Source of the DNA: a virus
Taxonomy: Duplodnaviria; Caudoviricetes
Virus record (IMG/VR): IMGVR_UViG_3300048631_000217
DNA: 64,000 bases
Direction: 5' to 3' (one strand)
In this document: piece by piece, positions 16,505-23,527 of the stretch
Numbering within the stretch: the stretch's first letter is position 1
Layout of the letters: each line of letters opens with the position of its first letter
The notes under the pieces: generated by a model
Told to the model about the DNA's origin: nothing
What the model saw: the letters and a program-made list of their open reading frames with translations, nothing else
Database searches by the model: none
Position numbers and translations under genes: made by a program

Positions 16505-16580
16505 TGGTGGTATCGGAAGGATTTGAACCTTCGAACACACGGCTTATGAGACCGTTGCGTGTACCTCTCGCCTCAATACC
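16505..16580 (-). tRNA. tRNA-CAU (Met or Ile2)
   Basis: ACGGT-CT CAT AA-GCCGT, CCA. Confidence 0.88.
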
Positions 16581-16581
16581 A

Positions 16582-16656
16582 TGGAGTTAGGGAAGGGAAT
16601 CGAACCCTTTTAGAATGGATTTGCAATCCACCGCCTAACCAATCAGCCACCCCAAC
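16582..16656 (-). tRNA. tRNA-Cys(GCA)
   Basis: TT GCA AA loop, U73-CCA. Confidence 0.92.
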
Positions 16657-16797
16657 TTAACCAAAAAGGTCGTCATGTTCCTTCCATCTTCGGCAACAGT
16701 AGCAGTTGCTATCATAGTCGGGACACCTCGGACCCCATACCTTCCATACATACAGGTAGGAAATCAATTTGTCAAGCCACATTTTTCCACCTTTCTC

Positions 16798-16834
16798 AAA
16801 AAAAAATCCCCGCAAGACGGCGTGTCTGCGGGGG
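16798..16834 (-). terminator. Intrinsic terminator of a putative attenuator
   Basis: CCCCGCAGAC-ACGCC-GTCTTGCGGGG followed by A and U9. Confidence 0.85.
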
Positions 16835-16861
16835 CGTCAAACCAACATACATGTCGTATGC

Positions 16862-16924
16862 CTACAAGACAACACCCCCGATGAAATCGGGTCGCATATA
16901 CTGTTCTTTGCAGATCATCGACAT
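16862..16924 (-). CDS. Putative attenuator leader peptide MSMICKEQYMRPDFIGGVVL
   Basis: AAAGGA SD; 20 codons; 3' end complementary to the terminator 5' arm. Confidence 0.65.
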   Translation of the reverse strand: MSMICKEQYMRPDFIGGVVL

Positions 16925-16952
16925 AAGAAGGTTTCCTTTGTGTTACAACCCC

Positions 16953-16958
16953 TATTTA
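16953..16958 (-). promoter_or_regulatory. Putative late promoter (TAAATA) upstream of the leader peptide
   Basis: Same CCTAAATA element precedes gp23 (60463); TAAATA also precedes gp22 and gp3. Confidence 0.6.
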
Positions 16959-17024
16959 GGTGGTCGGTTGCCTCATTCCGAACAAAAATTCAAGAAATGA
17001 ATAATGTTGCAAAAAGGCAACATT

Positions 17025-17112
17025 TGGCGGAAGCGGGGGGAATTGAACCCCATACCCGAAGGTACGTCAAGTTTAGCAAACTCGCTTGATCACCAGACCA
17101 ATTCTCACTTCC
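17025..17112 (-). tRNA. tRNA-Ser(GCU)
   Basis: Type II, TT GCT AA, G73-CCA; atypical D region. Confidence 0.85.
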
Positions 17113-17114
17113 TA

Positions 17115-17198
17115 TGGTGGCCCCGCCCGGACTCGAACCGGGACGCGCTAGGCGGCAGATTTTAAGTCTGCTGTGTCTACCTGTTTCACCACGGGGCC
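17115..17198 (-). tRNA. tRNA-Leu(UAA)
   Basis: Type II, GCAGA-CT TAA AA-TCTGC, CCA. Confidence 0.93.
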
Positions 17199-17204
17199 TT
17201 TGGT

Positions 17205-17630
17205 TTATATCAGGTCATAAGAGGTGCTATCTTCTGCCTCAATACCATCTTCCAGACTGGTATTGCACGGTATACATAGTGCGAAACCTGACCTATTTAG
17301 GGCGTTCAAATCCACACCACAGCATTCGCACGTATCAGCATCATACATGAATCTGTAGGGGTCGGCTCTCTTGTGCGCAGTAGAAGGTTTTCCGAACACA
17401 TCAAGATATGTTTGGTGGAATTGGAATTCATCCTCTCGGAAGACTCCTAACACCTTTTCATAAGCAACTTCATCACTCCTAAAAGACAAGAAGTCGAAGA
17501 TACGTTTCCTGAACAATGGAGATTGTTCTGTTTTACTATCTACCCATTCTCGGTATTTGTAACCCCCAAGAAATCTGTCGTCGTCCCGAGCAAACAGAGA
17601 ATGTAGGGTCAGATCGTTCTTGTCATCCAC
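17205..17630 (-). CDS. Hypothetical protein with C-terminal CxxC pairs
   Basis: CECCG...LCIPC. Confidence 0.7.
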   Translation of the reverse strand: MDDKNDLTLHSLFARDDDRFLGGYKYREWVDSKTEQSPLFRKRIFDFLSFRSDEVAYEKVLGVFREDEFQFHQTYLDVFGKPSTAHKRADPYRFMYDADTCECCGVDLNALNRSGFALCIPCNTSLEDGIEAEDSTSYDLI

Positions 17631-18369
17631 GGCGGAAAATCACCTTGATCTTGTCATATAGGCTAGGCTTATCCCACTCTCGCACAGCCACACCCATCTG
17701 GTCAACCACATTCGCGTCAATTTCCCCAACGTCATCAGGTTTCAGGTTCGTCAGGAATTTGTCATAGGTCATGTCGCAGATTTCGTCTTCCCAATCTGCG
17801 ACAAGGTACATGCGGTTATAGACGCGATGTTGCTGTTGATCACGAAACACCCCGAAACAAATAGGATCACGATTCCTCTTCACGAATTCCCGTTCCTTGG
17901 GCGTCTTGTAGTCATTATCTGTCAGGTCGGTAAAGACAACGATGTAATCGTCAAAGATTTCCTTGTCGCGAATCGCCTGAATCTTGTCAGAAGCGGACTC
18001 AGGGATGAAGCGGGAATAGCGGGAAAGTTCGATCAGTTTGACCGAATTCTTCGGGGATATCCTGTCAATCCCGGCCTTGACCGCATCCCTTTGGACATAC
18101 TTCGTCACTCCGATTTCCAGCAAGCACCGTTCACGCAGCAAAACCTGTGCCTGAAACTTCAGATCTTTGACAAAGTTTGTCTGGCCATTTTTCTCAGCAC
18201 GAATGATCTCTTTGGCGCAATAGTGCAATTGCGCGTCAAGTTGTTCGGGGGTAATTATCTGCCCCTCGTTTTTAAGGACACTGAAATACTCGTTTGGGTC
18301 AATTCCACCTTCAATTTCAACCTGAACATTTTGACCTACCGCAATTACAGGCTCATAATCCATCATCAC
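17623..18369 (-). CDS. Conserved hypothetical phage protein
   Basis: 248 aa, RDPICFG...YLVADW. Confidence 0.8.
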   Translation of the reverse strand: MMMDYEPVIAVGQNVQVEIEGGIDPNEYFSVLKNEGQIITPEQLDAQLHYCAKEIIRAEKNGQTNFVKDLKFQAQVLLRERCLLEIGVTKYVQRDAVKAGIDRISPKNSVKLIELSRYSRFIPESASDKIQAIRDKEIFDDYIVVFTDLTDNDYKTPKEREFVKRNRDPICFGVFRDQQQHRVYNRMYLVADWEDEICDMTYDKFLTNLKPDDVGEIDANVVDQMGVAVREWDKPSLYDKIKVIFRRG

Positions 18370-18384
18370 ATTCCCATAGTGTTA

Positions 18385-18460
18385 TGGTGCGCCTAGGAGG
18401 ATTCGAACCCCCGACACCGGAATTAGAAGTTCCGTGTTCTGTCCCCTGAACTATAGACGC
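18385..18460 (-). tRNA. tRNA-Arg(UCU)
   Basis: CGGAA-CT TCT AA-TTCCG, CCA. Confidence 0.93.
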
Positions 18461-18469
18461 TAACCTTGT

Positions 18470-18703
18470 TTAGATCGGCTCCGGTAGCAGATGTGCCCCC
18501 ATACCCCGATCAACGAATTCTGTGACCAACCTAGGGGGTTCTCCGGGTATGTCAACCTCTAAGAAGGCGGGACATGATTCATTTGATCCAAAATCGCAAA
18601 CCAGACCGGGCAGATTACGGCCATCCGGTTCCCGAAAAACCACCCTAGTACCGATAGGAAAGCTATACAACGTTTCGGGCGTGACAGTGACACATATGCT
18701 CAT
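18470..18703 (-). CDS. Hypothetical protein
   Basis: Translationally coupled, GGGAG SD. Confidence 0.6.
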   Translation of the reverse strand: MSICVTVTPETLYSFPIGTRVVFREPDGRNLPGLVCDFGSNESCPAFLEVDIPGEPPRLVTEFVDRGMGAHLLPEPI

Positions 18704-18912
18704 TTGTTGGACTCCCTTTCGACAACTTCAATGTTCACCGCCTGATAGGGGATTTCCTTAGCATCAACTCCCCACACAACCGATTTGACATGGTAGGTGT
18801 TGTTATTTATCAACACCTCTTCTCCGATCCTCGGAACGTGATACCAAAGGCGAGTGGCGATATGACGCTTATCGAAATAAAAATGGATAGACGCTTCCAA
18901 TTCATGTGACAT
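18700..18912 (-). CDS. Hypothetical protein
   Basis: VPRIGEEV motif; coupled. Confidence 0.6.
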   Translation of the reverse strand: MSHELEASIHFYFDKRHIATRLWYHVPRIGEEVLINNNTYHVKSVVWGVDAKEIPYQAVNIEVVERESNK

Positions 18913-19162
18913 GATATGATTCCACCCTTTGTCCACATACCTTACATGATTTGACATATTTCGGCGGATACGTCATCAAGACCCAATGTTCAATCTCTCC
19001 CCCGCATTTACAAAATTCTTTGAAAGGTTTCTCGGTCTCGCAATGGCATTGGCTGATATATGGGGCATAGACCGTCCCACATAAAGCACATTTCCAACAT
19101 GCCGCATCATCAAGACATTTGTTGTCTTGATAAGGTCTTTGGCAATATGGACACTGTTCCAT
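18902..19162 (-). CDS. Cys-rich Zn-finger protein
   Basis: Multiple CxxC. Confidence 0.65.
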   Translation of the reverse strand: MEQCPYCQRPYQDNKCLDDAACWKCALCGTVYAPYISQCHCETEKPFKEFCKCGGEIEHWVLMTYPPKYVKSCKVCGQRVESYHVT

Positions 19163-19551
19163 TATCCCCCAAACCTCTCAAACAGATCTTCGGTAAACGC
19201 CTTGATATCAGCGTCGATCTGCGGAGCCTGTTCCGGCAGTTTCGACAACCCGGTGCCGATACCATCGGTCGGGAATATCACCAATTTACCGTCCTGAAGA
19301 GCCGTTTCCAGAATTCGAAAATGTCCGTCAATGATCGGCAGAATTTGTTTCCTCTGGTGGTCATAGAAATAGTCATCTTCCGAATGACCGGGCGTCCATT
19401 TGGTCGGGATACCGAATGCGTTGATTTCCCCACGCATTTCCTTGGCCTGCCCGCCATTACCAACCCGCTTGCAATTGTCACCAAAGACATACAGGACTTT
19501 CGGATTAAGCTGCAAGTCGGCGCGGGAAATCCACTTCTGGTAGATAATCAT
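19162..19551 (-). CDS. NADAR-associated hypothetical protein
   Basis: YVFGDN..R.G.GGQA..MRG..NAFGIPTK; GIGTG. Confidence 0.8.
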   Translation of the reverse strand: MIIYQKWISRADLQLNPKVLYVFGDNCKRVGNGGQAKEMRGEINAFGIPTKWTPGHSEDDYFYDHQRKQILPIIDGHFRILETALQDGKLVIFPTDGIGTGLSKLPEQAPQIDADIKAFTEDLFERFGG

Positions 19552-19552
19552 T

Positions 19553-20014
19553 TCACAACATTCCTAGGTTATGGGCACGTCGAACTTCCATCAGGATACG
19601 ACCAAGCCAATTCTCTCCTGTACCTATGGGACATTGGCCCCAAAAGGTATCATTCCAGTTATTACCTTCTATCAGGTCTTGGTCGCCCGTGTCAACCAGT
19701 TTTTGCAACAGGTCCAGATTCTGCGTGAATTTTGCGGTAACGATCAGACGCATGATATCCACCCGGCGTCTATGCCATTCTGTCGTTCGTACGACAGTTT
19801 TTCCAAAACGTTTAGCAGCCTTTGCCGCCGATAGAGGATCGTTCGGGTTGTCAGGACCAATCATGCTGATTCGGGCATGTAGGTCATAGTTATTGACCTT
19901 TGAGGCGACATAAGCATGTTCGGCAGACGGAAACAGGATTCCATGAATCATGATCTTGCACGGATACATGTTCGACAGAAACAGATTATCGCCCCTGAAA
20001 AGACTAATCGTCAA
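19553..20014 (-). CDS. NADAR family (YbiA/T4 gp30.3-like) ADP-ribosylhydrolase
   Basis: FLSNMY, SAEHAY.A.K, KFTQN, EGN.W.D.FWG, G.N.LG.ILM.VR. Confidence 0.92.
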   Translation of the reverse strand: MTISLFRGDNLFLSNMYPCKIMIHGILFPSAEHAYVASKVNNYDLHARISMIGPDNPNDPLSAAKAAKRFGKTVVRTTEWHRRRVDIMRLIVTAKFTQNLDLLQKLVDTGDQDLIEGNNWNDTFWGQCPIGTGENWLGRILMEVRRAHNLGML

Positions 20015-20423
20015 TTGTCAGACCTTTAAGGTGTTTTGCATGGATTTTACAACCGATGAATGAGTTGTAGTAATCATCACGTAACAGGACATTGCGTTCA
20101 AATTGATACTTGGCTTCATAATAAGAGCATTCTCCCTTTGTCTTACAAAGTTTCAGAATTTCGCGTTCAAACCTGTCAGGTCCGACAGATTCGACAAGTT
20201 CCTTGATTTCGTCCGATGACCCATAGTAATTCTGCCAATCGGATTCCGTCTTTTTCTTACGTTTTCGCGTCTTGCCCTTGAGCGGCGGTAAGGTTCGGAT
20301 AGACCAGAACCACTTCTTGCCAATATACCTTTTGCCGTTACTCCTGTCAAGGATCTCGTAGACGAACCCGTAATAGTCTTCAATCTGCTCTGAAGTGAAC
20401 ACCTCACCTTGATATACCCACAT
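20004..20423 (-). CDS. GIY-YIG-like nuclease conserved in T4-like phages
   Basis: GFVY.I...NGKRYIGKK, ESDWQNYYGSS, FEREIL. Confidence 0.8.
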   Translation of the reverse strand: MWVYQGEVFTSEQIEDYYGFVYEILDRSNGKRYIGKKWFWSIRTLPPLKGKTRKRKKKTESDWQNYYGSSDEIKELVESVGPDRFEREILKLCKTKGECSYYEAKYQFERNVLLRDDYYNSFIGCKIHAKHLKGLTIDD

Positions 20424-20456
20424 GAAAAAATACCCCGCGCTAGACGGGGTATTTAT
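20424..20456 (-). promoter_or_regulatory. Late promoter overlapping a terminator-like hairpin
   Basis: ATAAATA (20450-20456) forms part of the 5' arm of AAATACCCCG/CGGGGTATTT, followed by a U-tract and ATG. Confidence 0.6.
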
Positions 20457-21037
20457 CAGTCGATATCAGGTAGGCTTTCCTCGACCATTTCGGCCAACTT
20501 GGACTCGGCCCATTTACCGTTGCGGGTCAAGGGGGGCCTTACCTCTTCAAAGGCAAATTCTCGCCCCCGGATACGGCTTAGAAACTGTCCTGCAACCTTG
20601 CCATAAGTGCCTTTGCCGACCACCATAGTTTGATTGAATCCTAGGGGGCCGTTGCTGCGACGGGTAGTGCCGCGCAGATAGGCGTCCTTACCGCCTTTTG
20701 GTACAATCAGAACACTATCCTGATCATACTTTACCCCAAGACGAACAAGGTCTCTTTCCAGATTTCCGGTATCGTTGATATCCACGACAAAGAATGACGG
20801 TTCTCCGACTTCTCGGGCATCATCGCTCCCAAAGTTCTCGATATAGTTACCGCTAACAGAGGTTACGCTATACCCCTTGGTACGTAGATATGCCTTGATT
20901 TCCCGGTTATTCTGCTTGTTGGTATCCTTGCTGTTATCGCCCCGGTAGCCAGATATAGCCCCGGATACATGGTCTTGAGTATGCCGCCAGATACGCGACA
21001 GACTCGATTCCTGCAAAACTTCCTTGAACCCCTTCAT
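20456..21037 (-). CDS. Conserved late hypothetical protein (possible head protein)
   Basis: MKGFKEVLQESSLSR N-terminus, KYDQDSVL; late promoter at 21073-21079. Confidence 0.8.
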   Translation of the reverse strand: MKGFKEVLQESSLSRIWRHTQDHVSGAISGYRGDNSKDTNKQNNREIKAYLRTKGYSVTSVSGNYIENFGSDDAREVGEPSFFVVDINDTGNLERDLVRLGVKYDQDSVLIVPKGGKDAYLRGTTRRSNGPLGFNQTMVVGKGTYGKVAGQFLSRIRGREFAFEEVRPPLTRNGKWAESKLAEMVEESLPDID

Positions 21038-21086
21038 GGTGTCACTCCCTATACGAATGGTTGATATAGGGGTATTTATCCATATG

Positions 21087-21893
21087 TCAACCCTTCAGGA
21101 TGTTCATGATTTTGGTGTATGTGGCGTTCCTGAAGTCTATCAAGGATTTATCCAAATTACCTCTTTTAGCTTTTTTCGACAGAAAATCGACATCATCTTT
21201 GAAGTGTTCCACGGTCGAAAAATTCGCGACAAGAAGCTGCATGACCCGGATAGAAACATCCTCGATTTCTTTGCTATCTATATTCTCGACAGTGTTGTCA
21301 TGTGCCTTAGTATTTGACAAGATTCCGCCCCCGAGTCTGACTTCTGATATCCAAAGGCCAAAGAAAACACCGTCATTCCCGTAAACGCGAGCATTCGCCA
21401 AAACATGAGCCTCTCCGTAAACCCGAGCATTCTCGTAAACGAGAGCATTATCGTAAACCCAAGCCTTCCCGAAAACCCCAGCATTCCCGTAAACACGAGC
21501 ATTCCCGTAAACACGAGCATTCCCGTAAACGAGAGCATTATCGTAAACCCAAGCCTTCCCAGAAACCCAAGCCTTCCCGAAAACCCGAGCATTCTCGGAA
21601 ACCCGAGCATTCTCGGAAACGAGAGCATTCTCGTAAACCCAAGCCTTCCCAGAAACCCAAGCCTTCCCGAAAACCCGAGCATTCTCGGAAACCCGAGCAT
21701 TCTCGGAAACCCAAGCCTTCCCAGAAACCCAAGCCTTCCCAGAAACCCAAGCCTTCCCGAAAACACGAGCATCCGGCCCGACATAGGCGGTTTCGGCGAC
21801 GGTCGCGGTGTCCGCGACCCAACCGCCGCCGTTCGGATGTTGGTGGGCCGGGACAGGGCCTTGGCCGTCTTTGAAATCAAACTTAGTAGTCAT
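21087..21893 (-). CDS. Hexapeptide-repeat (LbH) protein, copy 2
   Basis: Same HPNGGGWVADTA cap; more than 20 hexapeptide repeats; unrelated C-terminus. Confidence 0.85.
   Translation of the reverse strand: MTTKFDFKDGQGPVPAHQHPNGGGWVADTATVAETAYVGPDARVFGKAWVSGKAWVSGKAWVSENARVSENARVFGKAWVSGKAWVYENALVSENARVSENARVFGKAWVSGKAWVYDNALVYGNARVYGNARVYGNAGVFGKAWVYDNALVYENARVYGEAHVLANARVYGNDGVFFGLWISEVRLGGGILSNTKAHDNTVENIDSKEIEDVSIRVMQLLVANFSTVEHFKDDVDFLSKKAKRGNLDKSLIDFRNATYTKIMNILKG
21375..21775. repeat. 18-bp tandem repeat array
   Basis: Units such as AAACCCAAGCCTTCCCAG and AAACCCGAGCATTCTCGG. Confidence 0.9.
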
Positions 21894-21909
21894 TTTGGAT
21901 TCCCTTCCA

Positions 21910-22095
21910 TCACCTCACATCATATATCGCAAACAAACTTCCGACATCATTTTCGCTACATATTCTCCCAATCTGCATATTACGGAACCTCTTAACAGCC
22001 TCTGCTGAAGTAATTTCCTCAGAAAATTGAACCTCATATTCAACCGTTTTCGCAACCGATAGAACCCACACAGACTTTAACTGTTCTTCTTTCAT
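21910..22095 (-). CDS. Hypothetical protein
   Basis: Coupled to the MTase stop; GGGAG SD. Confidence 0.6.
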   Translation of the reverse strand: MKEEQLKSVWVLSVAKTVEYEVQFSEEITSAEAVKRFRNMQIGRICSENDVGSLFAIYDVR

Positions 22096-23381
22096 ATAAC
22101 GGCTCCCTTTGTCACGAAATACCCGGTAGGAACGTTGGTCCCACTTTCTGCAAAGGAACCGACAGGTAGGTCAAACCATTGACCACGCTCATCTTCAAGA
22201 TGCCCATCATAATAGGCAGTTGCCGGAAGAATACAGACAACGTTCTTTTTGGTGAATTTTTTCGCATGTTCCAAGTGCTTCTTCCAGTGCCGCCCGGCAA
22301 AAGGCGGGTTCATGATGACCGCATCATAACTCCCATCCGGGGGAACTTCAAGAAAATTCTCGACTTGCACGGTAAATCCTTTTGACCGTGCAAGTGCCGC
22401 CCGGCCCGGATCATACTCGATACCATGAATGACAGATTTCGGATGCTGTTTCCGAACTTGTTCCATCAACCTGCCGCACCCACATGACGGTTCCAGAACC
22501 CGAGAATTCTCGGGCAGGTATAGACTACCCACAACCCGTTCGGCCACGGATACTGGAGTCGGATAATAGGCTAGATCCTTGGAAACCGCCGTACCTTTGA
22601 CCTTCGCAGATTCATCCGGCATATCCGGCAGGACTTCACCATAGTATTCCGCTAGGGCAAGATTGATATCACGACAGGCCGCAGCATCAAAGATTACGTG
22701 CATGTTACCGTTTCGGAAGCCGCGCAAAGTCATGCCGTCGATTTCAGACTCACCTTGCCGGGCCGCTTTCGTTCTGACATCATCGAATTCCCTATATTCA
22801 AGATGCTTCTGTCCCCGATAGACCCGAATGGCATTCAGAACATTTTTCAGACGTTCGGTGCCATAGTTAGCACCATAATAACTACCAGCATTCGCAATGA
22901 TGATTCGCTTCGGAAGACCCTTGACACCGACCTTCACCTTTGAGTGAGACTTATAGGCGGGGTCAAGATCCGCAAAAACTTCGGCCATTCCCCGAAGGAT
23001 TGACGTGCGCGGATCGGCGACATACTTGCCAAACATTTCTCGAATGTTCTCAATCGTGAACTTGGGGGGATTTTCCAGATCCCTTTTGAACTTGTCGCGT
23101 TCCGAAACTGTTGCCAAAAGGTCAATATTCAGCCCATTATAGACGTGTTTCCACGCGCTGATCAGAAGAACCTTTGCCGGATCATTCAGGGAAGGTGAAT
23201 GCCACATCCATACCGAACCACCGTAGGTTCCGCCAATCTGAGTGCCCATTTCACAGAAACTGACAACCCGTTTCAATTCCTTTTCCAGATCGGAAATCTT
23301 GGAAAGCTTCTCGTTGTACTCATTGACGATATCGAAAAGCGATGCCCGCAGGGCGGGCATCGTGTCCTTGAAATCTTTCAT
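22092..23381 (-). CDS. DUF4942-like N-terminus plus SAM-dependent DNA methyltransferase
   Basis: YYPTP, LEPSCGCG and MNPPF motifs. Confidence 0.88.
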   Translation of the reverse strand: MKDFKDTMPALRASLFDIVNEYNEKLSKISDLEKELKRVVSFCEMGTQIGGTYGGSVWMWHSPSLNDPAKVLLISAWKHVYNGLNIDLLATVSERDKFKRDLENPPKFTIENIREMFGKYVADPRTSILRGMAEVFADLDPAYKSHSKVKVGVKGLPKRIIIANAGSYYGANYGTERLKNVLNAIRVYRGQKHLEYREFDDVRTKAARQGESEIDGMTLRGFRNGNMHVIFDAAACRDINLALAEYYGEVLPDMPDESAKVKGTAVSKDLAYYPTPVSVAERVVGSLYLPENSRVLEPSCGCGRLMEQVRKQHPKSVIHGIEYDPGRAALARSKGFTVQVENFLEVPPDGSYDAVIMNPPFAGRHWKKHLEHAKKFTKKNVVCILPATAYYDGHLEDERGQWFDLPVGSFAESGTNVPTGYFVTKGAVI

Positions 23382-23476
23382 AGTTCATACCCCTATAAAC
23401 TTCAACGGCCACCATACCAGTTGATCAGTTTCAACGCGGCGATGGGGACCGGGGGCATCCCCCCGGCTACATTATT

Positions 23477-23505
23477 AATATAGGCATTCCCTACGGTTTT
23501 GTCAA
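23477..23505 (-). promoter_or_regulatory. Early promoter followed by a GC-rich hairpin (23449-23466)
   Basis: TTGACA-N17-TATATT; CCGGGGG/CCCCCGG. Confidence 0.75.
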
Positions 23506-23527
23506 CATGTTACGATAACTTTTTTGA

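Noticed and set aside
16657-16752. YGVRGVPTMI reading on the minus strand, resembling a thioredoxin C-terminal motif
   Set aside because: Short, no CxxC, no SD, runs into tRNA-Cys; at most a relic or chance match.
21375-21775. Tandem repeats as a possible CRISPR array
   Set aside because: No unique spacers; the 18-bp period is in-frame coding; no cas genes.
21278-21995. Long alternative-frame and antisense ORFs over the hexapeptide genes (also 14324-14854 and 42100-42682)
   Set aside because: Artefacts of stop-free 18-bp repeats; only one frame has an SD and the conserved cap.
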